64,000 nt of DNA from a bacterium (GTDB taxonomy: Bacteria; Synergistota; GBS-1), in contig JASKLF010000002.1 in assembly GCA_030153785.1 (NCBI GenBank), forward strand, positions 38,565 to 102,564. Reading direction: 5' to 3'. Below the pieces are notes generated by a model, which saw only the letters and a list, made by a program, of their open reading frames with translations, did no database searches and had not been told where the DNA came from. Both the position numbers and the translations under genes were made by a program. Of the stretch, positions 20,925-29,205 are shown one piece after another. Position 1 is the first letter of the stretch; every line of letters starts with the position of its first letter.

Positions 20925-22808
20925 GTGTTAGAATATCCCAAAAGGTATGATGTCATAGTCATTGGAGGAGGACACGCAGGCTGTGAAGCCGCACTGGCAG
21001 CCGCAAGAATGGGCTGTCAGACGCTGCTTTTAACTCTCTACTTAGACAGTATAGGCCTTATGGCGTGCAACCCATCTGTAGGAGGCCCTGGCAAAGGCCA
21101 CCTAGTTAGAGAGATAGATGCCCTTGGAGGAGAAATGGGTAGAAACATCGACGAAACAATGATTCACATAAGAATTCTAAATGAAAGTAAAGGACCAGCT
21201 GTTCAAGCCTACAGGGCTCAGGCAGACAAGAGAGAATACCACCTTAGAATGAAAAGGGTTCTTGAAAACCAGAAAAACTTGGATGTAAAACAGGGAATGG
21301 TAGAAGAGATTTTGGTAGAAAATGGGAAAGTAATAGGAGTAGGATTAAGAGAAGGATGGGTATTTAGAGGTAAATGCGTGATAGTAGCTACCGGAGTTTA
21401 CCTCAGGGGATTAGTTCATATAGGGTTAACCCACTTCGAAAGTGGACCACTTGGAGAAACGGCCGCATGGAAACTTTCAGAATCTCTTAAAAAAATAGGG
21501 CTTAAACTTGGGAGACTAAAAACAGGAACCTGTGCACGAATAGATGGGAAGACGATCGACTTCTCAAGCCTTGTCCCACAACCATCAGCAGATGAACCAC
21601 TTTCCTTTTCTTTCAGATCAGAAAAAAAGCTCTGCAGAGGATACTTCTGCTGGATGACCAGAACTAACGAAAAAACCCATGAAATAATAAGAAGCTCTCT
21701 TGACAGGTCTCCTCTCTTTACGGGAGTTATAGAAGGAAGAGGACCAAGATACTGTCCCTCTATAGAAGATAAAGTAGTAAGATTTCCAGATAGAAGTTCC
21801 CACACCGTATTTTTAGAGCCCGAGGGCAAACGAACATTAGAATTTTATCTCCAAAACTTTTCCACCAGTTTACCAGTAGACGTTCAAATAAAGATGGTAA
21901 GATCGCTACCCGGGCTAGAAAAGGCGGAAATTATGAGACCCGGGTACGCCATAGAATATGATTTCGTGTTTCCAACCCAGCTTAAACCTTCTCTTGAAAC
22001 CAAAGAGATAGAAGGACTATTTATGGCAGGGCAAATAAACGGAACATCGGGATACGAAGAGGCAGCAGCTCAAGGCCTTATAGCAGGTATAAACGCCGCT
22101 TTAAAGCTGAGAGGAGAAGAACCCCTCATACTAAGCAGGGCAGAAGCATATATAGGAGTTCTAATAGACGATCTTGTAACCAAGGGAACAGAAGAACCTT
22201 ATAGAATATTAACATCAAGAGCGGAGTATAGACTCCTTTTAAGGCAAGATAACGCCGACTTTAGACTAACCCCCTATGGATACAAGGTAGGATTGATAAG
22301 AAAAGATGAGTACGAAAGGTTTCTTCTAAAAAGGAAAAGAGTTGAAGAGGAGATAAGAAGATTAAACGCAGTCCGAGTCCCTCCCAGCGATAGGGTAAAC
22401 GAAATTCTTAGGTCGATAGGAAGCTCTCCTATAGAGCAACCCGTTACGTTAGCTCAACTTCTAAAAAGACCAGAAGTAACAATAGAAAAGATCATGGAAA
22501 TAGATCCTTCTTGTAACAACAATCTAAACCCTGAAGAAAGAAAGCAAGTGGAAATTGAAATAAAATATGAAGGATATATAAAAAGAGAACTTTCCTTAGT
22601 GGAATACTTTAAGAAGATGGAAAACAAAAAGATCCCATCTGATATAGACTACGATGCAATTCCCGGTTTGTCAAACGAGGGAAGAGAAAAGCTGAAGAAG
22701 ATAAAACCCATTTCGTTAGGACAAGCATCAAGAATTTCAGGGGTAAGCCCTGCAGATATATCTTTGTTAAGCATCTACCTTTCTACGAGAGGACAAAGCT
22801 CTTCGTGA
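20925..22808 (+). CDS. mnmG: tRNA uridine 5-carboxymethylaminomethyl modification enzyme MnmG (GidA)
   Basis: 627 aa. Motifs are DVIVIGGGHAGCEAA, GPRYCPSIEDK and QINGT(S/T)GYEEAAAQG. GTG start. Confidence 0.93.
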   Translation: MLEYPKRYDVIVIGGGHAGCEAALAAARMGCQTLLLTLYLDSIGLMACNPSVGGPGKGHLVREIDALGGEMGRNIDETMIHIRILNESKGPAVQAYRAQADKREYHLRMKRVLENQKNLDVKQGMVEEILVENGKVIGVGLREGWVFRGKCVIVATGVYLRGLVHIGLTHFESGPLGETAAWKLSESLKKIGLKLGRLKTGTCARIDGKTIDFSSLVPQPSADEPLSFSFRSEKKLCRGYFCWMTRTNEKTHEIIRSSLDRSPLFTGVIEGRGPRYCPSIEDKVVRFPDRSSHTVFLEPEGKRTLEFYLQNFSTSLPVDVQIKMVRSLPGLEKAEIMRPGYAIEYDFVFPTQLKPSLETKEIEGLFMAGQINGTSGYEEAAAQGLIAGINAALKLRGEEPLILSRAEAYIGVLIDDLVTKGTEEPYRILTSRAEYRLLLRQDNADFRLTPYGYKVGLIRKDEYERFLLKRKRVEEEIRRLNAVRVPPSDRVNEILRSIGSSPIEQPVTLAQLLKRPEVTIEKIMEIDPSCNNNLNPEERKQVEIEIKYEGYIKRELSLVEYFKKMENKKIPSDIDYDAIPGLSNEGREKLKKIKPISLGQASRISGVSPADISLLSIYLSTRGQSSS

Positions 22809-23773
22809 GTTAAACCAAGCTTGAGCTTTTTACCTTGCCATGTATCTTCGCTTATTAATCTTTCTTCTATCCTCTTTAAAACCTTTGTCTTATCAAGAAT
22901 CCAATCAGGCGCAAGAAGGTTCTCTTTAGCAGTCTCACCCGTTAACCTATGAACTACCACATCAGGAGATAAATGCTCCAAAAAGGCAACACATAAATCC
23001 ACATACTCATCAAGCATAAGAGGTTTATATTCCTCTTCGTTAACCATCTCCTCCAAAGGAGTTCCCTTAACCACATAAAGTGGATGAACTTTTACTCCAT
23101 CTACCCTTAAGGCGGATAGAATTCTCGCCATTTCGATGGCATCTTCTTTCCCTTCGCCCGGCAAGCCAAGTATGACATGCGCACAAACTTTTATCCCCCA
23201 TTTTTTACTTCTTATCACCGCATCTATAAATTCTGCAAGCGTGTGCCCCCTGTTTATAAGCTTCAAAGTCTTATGGTTTATGCTTTGCAAACCAAGCTCC
23301 AACCATAGCTCTTCTACCCTTCCCTTAAAGGAAGCATACATCTCTGGAAAAGGATCGGGAACGCAATCGGGCCGTGTTCCTACAGACAACCCTACTACTT
23401 TAAAAAGCTTTGAAGCTTCTTTTAATCCCTCCTCAAATATATTTATACACTTTTGAAGGGGAGCATACGTATTTGTGAATGCCTGAAAGTAAAGCATAAA
23501 CAGATCAGTCCCATAGCGTTTGCTTAAAAACATATAAGCCCTTTCCATCTGTTCCTTGAGGCTTAAAATCCCATATTCCCCTCGACCGCTACCCTTCTCA
23601 TCGCAAAATATACACCCTCCGCGACTTAAGCGACCATCTCTGTTGGGACAATAAAAGCCAGCATCTAATGTAACTTTTTGAACTCTTTTTCCAAATTTTT
23701 CTCTAAAATATTCGTTGAGGGAATTATATCTCCTCTTCACGAACGGGTTCCCAATTCTTAGATTCAAGAGCAC
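22775..23773 (-). CDS. Radical SAM protein, TIGR01212 (YhcC-like) family
   Basis: 332 aa. Cluster motif is CPNRDG...GGCIFCD, typical of the TIGR01212 subgroup. The start is uncertain: GTG 23773, TTG 23767 or GTG 23740. The 3' end overlaps mnmG convergently by 34 nt. Confidence 0.8.
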   Translation of the reverse strand: MLLNLRIGNPFVKRRYNSLNEYFREKFGKRVQKVTLDAGFYCPNRDGRLSRGGCIFCDEKGSGRGEYGILSLKEQMERAYMFLSKRYGTDLFMLYFQAFTNTYAPLQKCINIFEEGLKEASKLFKVVGLSVGTRPDCVPDPFPEMYASFKGRVEELWLELGLQSINHKTLKLINRGHTLAEFIDAVIRSKKWGIKVCAHVILGLPGEGKEDAIEMARILSALRVDGVKVHPLYVVKGTPLEEMVNEEEYKPLMLDEYVDLCVAFLEHLSPDVVVHRLTGETAKENLLAPDWILDKTKVLKRIEERLISEDTWQGKKLKLGLTHEELCPLVER

Positions 23774-24131
23774 AATTAACAGAAAGCCTTATCCCTAAAA
23801 CACGCTGAAAAACCTTCTCGATAAACTTCTTCACCTTTGGATCCTCAACATATTCTATAAAGCTAATGTCGAGTCCTCTAAAAAAAATCCTAACAGATGC
23901 ATCCTCAAAAGAAACCCTTGTAGCTTCCGCTCCTCTGAAATAGGCAAAAACTATCTTATCCTCCCTGTTAAACTCCTCTAATACCTCAAGCCATTTTTTC
24001 TTTATCTCCTCAAGAAGCTCCTCTTCGCTGTACATAACTCTCTCTCTTAATTCGCTTTCTTTGCGCCTTATATCGCTTAAAATCTCGCCTTTCCAAGCCT
24101 CCTCCTGAACCTCCTTTCCAAGTTCTTCCAT
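23724..24131 (-). CDS. Hypothetical acidic protein (135 aa)
   Basis: ATG 24131 is preceded by GGAGGTG at 8 nt spacing. The longer track ORF (to 24287) reads through tRNA-Gly and is rejected. The N-terminal half is E/K-rich, probably helical. Confidence 0.55.
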   Translation of the reverse strand: MEELGKEVQEEAWKGEILSDIRRKESELRERVMYSEEELLEEIKKKWLEVLEEFNREDKIVFAYFRGAEATRVSFEDASVRIFFRGLDISFIEYVEDPKVKKFIEKVFQRVLGIRLSVNCALESKNWEPVREEEI

Positions 24132-24169
24132 CAAGTTTGCACCTCCTCTCCGAAGATAAAAATAAAAGG

Positions 24170-24245
24170 TGGAGCGGATAACGGGACTCGAACCCGCGAC
24201 CCTCGGCTTGGGAAGCCGATGCTCTACCCACTGAGCTATATCCGC
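24170..24245 (-). tRNA. tRNA-Gly (anticodon CCC), CCA encoded
   Basis: The reverse complement GCGGATATAGCTCAGTGGGTAGAGCATCGGCTTCCCAAGCCGAGGGTCGCGGGTTCGAGTCCCGTTATCCGCTCCA folds as a 76-nt cloverleaf: 7-bp acceptor stem, GCTC/GAGC D stem, anticodon loop TTCCCAA, and T loop TTCGAGT. Confidence 0.92.
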
Positions 24246-24258
24246 ACCACCATCATCG

Positions 24259-24287
24259 ATTATACCAACCAGGAAGGAAAAAATCAA
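24259..24287 (-). promoter_or_regulatory. Promoter for tRNA-Gly (and probably the downstream genes)
   Basis: On the minus strand: TTGATT (24287-24282), 17 nt spacer, TATAAT (24264-24259). It lies 13 nt upstream of the mature tRNA 5' end. Confidence 0.6.
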
Positions 24288-24302
24288 GTTAAGCAGATAA
24301 AC

Positions 24303-24539
24303 TTAGCCTTGAGCCTCAAAAACTTCTCCCGGTGGAACATAAGATACGCGTTCTCCATCTTTAGTATAAGTCTCTTTTTCCGCAGGAGGTTGAGCCTCTC
24401 GCTGATGAGCTACCCTTAAAACCAATTTATTATTTTCTTCAATGCCGTTCTTACTAACCTGATTAACAGGTTGGTTCTCACTTTTGTAAATCTGATTAAC
24501 CCTATTCCAAAGGTAAAACCTACCTGTTTCTATGCGCAT
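24303..24539 (-). CDS. Hypothetical small protein (78 aa)
   Basis: ATG 24539 is preceded by AGGAGGGTGGAGGG. The longer track ORF start (24632) lies inside the divergent GntR promoter. No family recognised. Confidence 0.4.
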   Translation of the reverse strand: MRIETGRFYLWNRVNQIYKSENQPVNQVSKNGIEENNKLVLRVAHQREAQPPAEKETYTKDGERVSYVPPGEVFEAQG

Positions 24540-24622
24540 ATCCCTCCACCCTCCTTTTCTCTTATTATAACACTGGACATATATAAGAGATAAGACACCC
24601 ATTTCATTTTTTAAATTGCATA

Positions 24623-24651
24623 TTGACTTCACATAGCAAAATTGCTATCAT
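24623..24651 (+). promoter_or_regulatory. Promoter with embedded palindromic operator upstream of the GntR regulator
   Basis: TTGACT (24623-24628), 17 nt spacer, TATCAT (24646-24651). The spacer and -10 contain the perfect 7-2-7 inverted repeat ATAGCAA-AA-TTGCTAT (24633-24648). Confidence 0.5.
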
Positions 24652-24687
24652 ACGTGAAGAAATTTGATACATCAGGGGTGATGGAAA

Positions 24688-25344
24688 TTGAAAAGAAAGA
24701 AAACACTCGGAGACAAAATTTACGAAAAATTAAAGGAAGAAATAATCTCGCGCAAGAGAAAGGTTGGAGAAAAGCTGGTAGAGAGAGAGCTCGCTCAGAT
24801 ATTCAAGGTAAGTATGACCCCTGTACGTGATGCTCTCAAAAAGCTCGAGGATGAAGGATTAGTGATCAAAAGGGGAAAGCTCAGAACGGTAAGAGGAGTA
24901 AATACCAAGGAGCTCGAAGACTACTATGAAGTCCGAATCCTTCTTGAACCTAAAGCAGCTGAAAAGGCGGCCTCAAACATATCCGAAGAAGGAAAGAAAA
25001 AACTCGACGAGATTATCCAAAGAATGGAAATGGCAGCTAAACAAGAAGACTACAACACTCTTGATTTATTAAACAAGGAGTTTGACGAAACGATTTATGA
25101 AGCCTGTGGAAATAAGTACCTTAAGGAAGTTTTAGAAGAAATTCTTGCAATAACCCTACCTTATAGAGAAATAGCAAGTAGAATGCCTGAAAGAACCTAT
25201 GCAATGTTGGAAGAACACAAGGAGATATGTAACGCCATCAAATCTGGAGATGGAAAAAGAGCAGCTGAATTAACTGAAAAGCATATAAGAGGAGCAGGAC
25301 AAAGGGTCCTAAGGGTATTGAAAGAACTCGAAGAGATAATATAG
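24688..25344 (+). CDS. GntR-family transcriptional regulator (FadR/FCD subfamily)
   Basis: 218 aa. N-terminal winged HTH (GEKLVERELAQIFKVSMTPVRDAL) and an all-helical FCD-like C-terminal domain. TTG start. Confidence 0.82.
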   Translation: MKRKKTLGDKIYEKLKEEIISRKRKVGEKLVERELAQIFKVSMTPVRDALKKLEDEGLVIKRGKLRTVRGVNTKELEDYYEVRILLEPKAAEKAASNISEEGKKKLDEIIQRMEMAAKQEDYNTLDLLNKEFDETIYEACGNKYLKEVLEEILAITLPYREIASRMPERTYAMLEEHKEICNAIKSGDGKRAAELTEKHIRGAGQRVLRVLKELEEII

Positions 25345-25355
25345 GGGGGAGGAAA

Positions 25356-26270
25356 TTGGTAGAAAAGAGCGCTGGTAAAAAGGCAAGGGAGCTTTTAGAA
25401 AGACCCGGGATAATTGTAGCACCAGGAACCTATGATGCACTTACTGCTCGGTTAGCCGAAAGTGTAGGGTTCGAAATGGTATTTCACTCAGGATATGGAA
25501 CGGCTGCTTCTCTCTTAGGCCAACCTGATGTAGGACTGGTAAGCTTCAGTGAAATGTGTGAAAGGGTTAAATACATGGCAAGAGCCATTAAAATTCCACT
25601 TCTTTGCGATGCCGACACAGGTTACGGCAATGCCATAAATGTGTATAGAACGGTAAAAGAATACATTTGGGCAGGAGCAGCGGGGCTATTTATCGAAGAC
25701 CAAGTATGGCCAAAGAGGTGCGGACATCTTGAAGGAAAACAGTTGATATCAATCGAAGAAATGGTCGGTAAAATAAAAGCAGCCGTGGATGCAAAAAAAG
25801 AGGAAGATCCTAACTTTCTGATAGGTGCAAGAACCGATGCCATAGCTGTATACGGCTTTGAAGAAGCTATTAAAAGAGGCCTTGCTTACAGGGAAGCAGG
25901 TGCAGACTTTATTTTCATCGAATCACCTATATCCTTGGAACAAATGGAAAAGATACCCGAGCTTATTCCAGATACGCCTTTAATGCTCAATCTAGTGGAA
26001 AAGGGAAAAACACCATTCGTAACGGTAAAAGAAGCAGAAGAGCTTGGATACAAAATAGTGGTTCACTCCGTATTCGTCCTTTTTACCGCTGCAAAGGCTG
26101 TTAAAGACGCCTTGACATACCTTAAAGAACACGGAGTCACACCGGCAGAAGGCAATATGATGCCCTTCCCAGAATTCGCTGAGTTCATAGGATACCCGAG
26201 GATAAGAGAAATGGAAAAGAAGTATCTTCCCAAGGAGATATTAGAAGAGAAATACGGGAGGCGAGCTTAA
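25356..26270 (+). CDS. Isocitrate lyase/PEP mutase superfamily lyase (methylisocitrate lyase / dimethylmalate lyase-like)
   Basis: 304 aa. Motifs are SGYG.AAS, DADTGYGN, and the lyase signature KRCGH (WPKRCGHLEGK) with the catalytic Cys present. TTG start with GGGGGAGG SD. Confidence 0.8.
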   Translation: MVEKSAGKKARELLERPGIIVAPGTYDALTARLAESVGFEMVFHSGYGTAASLLGQPDVGLVSFSEMCERVKYMARAIKIPLLCDADTGYGNAINVYRTVKEYIWAGAAGLFIEDQVWPKRCGHLEGKQLISIEEMVGKIKAAVDAKKEEDPNFLIGARTDAIAVYGFEEAIKRGLAYREAGADFIFIESPISLEQMEKIPELIPDTPLMLNLVEKGKTPFVTVKEAEELGYKIVVHSVFVLFTAAKAVKDALTYLKEHGVTPAEGNMMPFPEFAEFIGYPRIREMEKKYLPKEILEEKYGRRA

Positions 26271-26305
26271 GCCCGCCTCCCCACTACTTCTTAAGGTAAT
26301 ACATT

Positions 26306-26554
26306 ATGATAAGGGCTGACTTAAGAATTTTACCAGCAACGGGTGACAAAGACAAAGTTATAAAACTGGTCGATAAGGCTATCAATATTATCGAGGCTTC
26401 TGGCATCTCCCATGAAGTTACTCCGACCTGCACACTATTGATGGGAAGTTTAGATCAGATATTGGCTCTCGTAAAAAAGATTCACGAAGAGTTGAGCAAG
26501 GAAAATATTTGCTTCCTCACCTGGGAACTAAGAGTCTTCGAGTTTAAGCCTTAA
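26306..26554 (+). CDS. MTH1187/YkoF-family (DUF77, UPF0045) small protein
   Basis: 82 aa. The pattern is a beta-alpha-beta ferredoxin-like fold (..LRILPATGDK...V.KAI.IIEASGISHEVTP.CT.L.G.LDQIL.LVKKIHE), typical of this family. Confidence 0.55.
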   Translation: MIRADLRILPATGDKDKVIKLVDKAINIIEASGISHEVTPTCTLLMGSLDQILALVKKIHEELSKENICFLTWELRVFEFKP

Positions 26555-27432
26555 AGCATTTCAAGCAAAACTGGCACCGTCTTCTCCGCCCCTATAGCCA
26601 TTATATGGACACCATGAGCCAGACCGTGTTCTCTTACTTTCTTTATAAAATCTGCAGCTATTTTGAGTCCCTCAAGCTTGGGATCTTCTGCTACTTCCAT
26701 CCGATGCATTAACTCCTTCGATATCTTAACTCCTGGAATCATTCTACTTATAAATTGAGCAGACTTCACACTCCTCAAGGGGATTATACCTAACAAGATT
26801 TTCACATTAAATTTTGCTACTCTCTTTATAAATTGCTCAGCTACTCTCAAATCATAAACCGCCTGAGTCTGAAAAAAACGAGCTCCCGCACTTACCTTTT
26901 TCTCCACCTTTATTAACTCTAATTCCAATGGTGAAAAGTTGGGGTTAGCTGTTGCTCCAAGGTAGAATTTTGGAGGATTACCCTTAAGAGGATTGCCCGC
27001 AAGGTCTTTGCCATTCATCAAAGAAGACGCAGCTAAAAGGATACCCACAGAGTCTAGGTCATACACAGGTTTTGCGTTAGGATTATCCCCAAGAGTAGGA
27101 TAATCCCCCGTTATTGCGAGAACATTCCTAACTCCAAGGGCATAAGCTCCCAAAAGCTCCGACTGGATAGCTATCCTATTTCTATCCCTTCCCGTTATTT
27201 GCATAACGGGCTCCTCTCCCTCACTCAATACAACAAGACAACCGGCTAAAGAAGAGAGTCTCATGGAAGCTCCTTGCCCATCAGTAACGTTGAAGGCATC
27301 TATACGTCCCTTCAGCAAATTAACCTTCTCCCTGAAATCATTAACATCCGAACCTTTAGGAGGACCCACTTCCGCAGTTATAACGAACCTGCCACTTTCG
27401 AGTAACTCCCTAAGCCTGCTCACTTGAAACAC
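26551..27432 (-). CDS. metF: Methylenetetrahydrofolate reductase (MetF, acetogen/anaerobe type)
   Basis: 293 aa with MTHFR TIM-barrel sequence. Preceded by, and overlapping, a MetV-type gene. Confidence 0.82.
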   Translation of the reverse strand: MFQVSRLRELLESGRFVITAEVGPPKGSDVNDFREKVNLLKGRIDAFNVTDGQGASMRLSSLAGCLVVLSEGEEPVMQITGRDRNRIAIQSELLGAYALGVRNVLAITGDYPTLGDNPNAKPVYDLDSVGILLAASSLMNGKDLAGNPLKGNPPKFYLGATANPNFSPLELELIKVEKKVSAGARFFQTQAVYDLRVAEQFIKRVAKFNVKILLGIIPLRSVKSAQFISRMIPGVKISKELMHRMEVAEDPKLEGLKIAADFIKKVREHGLAHGVHIMAIGAEKTVPVLLEML

Positions 27433-28081
27433 CTCTTCTCACCAAATGTTGTCCTGGTCTAACCTTGATAGAATAGTCAAGCGGATAATTAATCTTTCTA
27501 AAATCGCCAAGGCGGCCCATTGCCTTTAGTTTCTCGTATATTTCTATCCAAACACATTTAAGGTCTTGGGCAACCTCACACTTGCCGTCGTTAGCTCCCC
27601 CACAAGGGCCATTGAGTATTCCTTTAGGACACCTTGAAAGTGGACATATAGCCACTCCGCTGGTCAAAAGACATCTACCACACTGCAAACATCTCTCTTC
27701 AAAGACACCAAACCGCTTCACTTCTCCTAAAAAGAGAGTATCATTAGCTGGAAAAACAGGCTTATCCCCCAATATTTCTCCCAAAGTCTGAAGCCCGTTC
27801 CCACATGCCATACATAAAACAGCATCACTTCCTTTAATCTCTGAATCATACCTTTTCAAATCTAACCTACTTTTCTGCAAATTACAAACGGGATCCAAAA
27901 CTATACTACCCGTAATTTTCTTCCCAAAGCTTTCAAGCTTCCTCTTCATTCCCTCTACCTCTTCCTCTCCACCAGTCTTACTTGCCGTTGCACAAAGTGA
28001 ACAGCCTACAATGAATATTTTCTCTAAGCCTTCAAGTTCACTCAAAATCTCATCTAAGGGTTTGCCTTTGGTAATTATCAA
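27410..28081 (-). CDS. metV: Methylene-THF reductase C-terminal-domain protein (MetV-type Cys-rich subunit)
   Basis: 223 aa with multiple Cys motifs (CSLC, CMACGNG, CLQCGRC, CPLSRCPK, NGPCGG). TTG start with AAGGAGGT 8 nt upstream. Overlaps metF by 23 nt. Confidence 0.75.
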   Translation of the reverse strand: MIITKGKPLDEILSELEGLEKIFIVGCSLCATASKTGGEEEVEGMKRKLESFGKKITGSIVLDPVCNLQKSRLDLKRYDSEIKGSDAVLCMACGNGLQTLGEILGDKPVFPANDTLFLGEVKRFGVFEERCLQCGRCLLTSGVAICPLSRCPKGILNGPCGGANDGKCEVAQDLKCVWIEIYEKLKAMGRLGDFRKINYPLDYSIKVRPGQHLVRRGVSSEQA

Positions 28082-28100
28082 GCCTCAGGACCTCCTTTCT

Positions 28101-29189
28101 CTAATCTCCAAAAGATATTCCAACCGCCCTCGCTACCTTCACAAGCTCACAATCGGGAGAAACCAGCTTAAGTCGCTCAACAGCCTTTTCTATAGGAACA
28201 GATGAGATTTCTCCCCCCTTCAAGCAAACCATTTCACCAAATCGCCCTTCCAAAGCAAGCTCCACTGCCTTAACTCCAAAGCGGGTTGCGAGGAGTCTAT
28301 CCATTGGCGTAGGAGAACCACCCCGCTGAAGATGACCCAAAACCGTAACCCTTGTTTCAAGCTCTATCATCTGCTCTATCCTGTCCGCAACGTATTTTCC
28401 TATACCACCGAGGCGAATAGGATCTGGGCTACCCTCCACTACTTTCTGAACCACAAAATCTTTGCCTTTTTCCCTTGCCCCTTCAGCAACCATTACCAAA
28501 CTGAACCTCTTTCCTTCTTTCTCCCTCTGTTTAATCTTTTCGCAAACTTTCTCTAAATCAAAGGGAATCTCTGGAATCAAGATTATATCAGCCCCGCCAG
28601 CGATACCCGCCACAAGGGCTATCCAACCAGCGTATCTCCCCATTACCTCCAATATCATAACCCTATGATGAGATTCAGCCGTAGTGTGAAGTTTATCCAA
28701 AGCCTCCGTAGCAGTCAACACCGCAGTATCAAATCCGAAAGTTAGATCCGTTGCTTCAAGATCGTTATCTATCGTCTTAGGAACACCAATAACGGGCATC
28801 CCCTTCCTCTTCCAGAACTCAAGAGCTATCTTTAAGCTACCATCTCCTCCAACAACTATAAGGACATCAAGTTTATATTTCTTGAAGTTCTCCAAAGCCA
28901 CATCAGACATGTCTTTGTAAATTAACCTTCCATTTTCATAAACGGGAAAATGAAAGGGATCATCTCTATTAGTGGTTCCAAGGATAGTGCCTCCTCGAGG
29001 AAGCGAACCGGAAACATCACTTGGGGTCAAAGGTCTTATTTCCCTCCTCACAAGTCCTCTAAATCCGTTTTCTATTCCCCAAACCTCTATTCCATACTTA
29101 CCAACAGCGCTTTTAACAACCGCCCTTATTACGGCATTCAAGCCCGCGCAATCTCCTCCGCCCGTCAATATCCCAATCCTACTAACCAT
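28101..29189 (-). CDS. 6-phosphofructokinase, long PfkA-family paralogue (phosphoryl donor uncertain: ATP or PPi)
   Basis: Motifs are GILTGGGDCAGLNAVIR, GGDGS and GVPKTIDNDL. The Lys replaces the Gly of classical ATP-PFKs. I prefer ATG 29189 (MVSRIGILTGGGD) over the track start at 29225. Confidence 0.82.
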   Translation of the reverse strand: MVSRIGILTGGGDCAGLNAVIRAVVKSAVGKYGIEVWGIENGFRGLVRREIRPLTPSDVSGSLPRGGTILGTTNRDDPFHFPVYENGRLIYKDMSDVALENFKKYKLDVLIVVGGDGSLKIALEFWKRKGMPVIGVPKTIDNDLEATDLTFGFDTAVLTATEALDKLHTTAESHHRVMILEVMGRYAGWIALVAGIAGGADIILIPEIPFDLEKVCEKIKQREKEGKRFSLVMVAEGAREKGKDFVVQKVVEGSPDPIRLGGIGKYVADRIEQMIELETRVTVLGHLQRGGSPTPMDRLLATRFGVKAVELALEGRFGEMVCLKGGEISSVPIEKAVERLKLVSPDCELVKVARAVGISFGD

Positions 29190-29205
29190 ACCAATCAACC
29201 CCTTC

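Noticed and set aside
23724-24287. 187-aa track ORF extending upstream through 24170-24245.
   Set aside because: The extension is simply the antisense-independent translation of tRNA-Gly(CCC) and its flank. A proper SD (GGAGGTG) precedes the internal ATG at 24131, so only 23724-24131 is kept.
24170-24302. Checked both tRNA genes (24170-24245 and 62882-62957) as possible integration sites for mobile elements.
   Set aside because: There is no integrase, no duplicated tRNA 3' segment and no compositional break nearby. The flanking genes are housekeeping.
26256-26281. Hairpin GGGAGGCG...CGCCTCCC spanning the stop codon of the lyase gene, considered as a terminator.
   Set aside because: No T tract follows it, and the DUF77 gene starts 25 nt later in the same orientation. 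It is more likely a weak structure within an operon.
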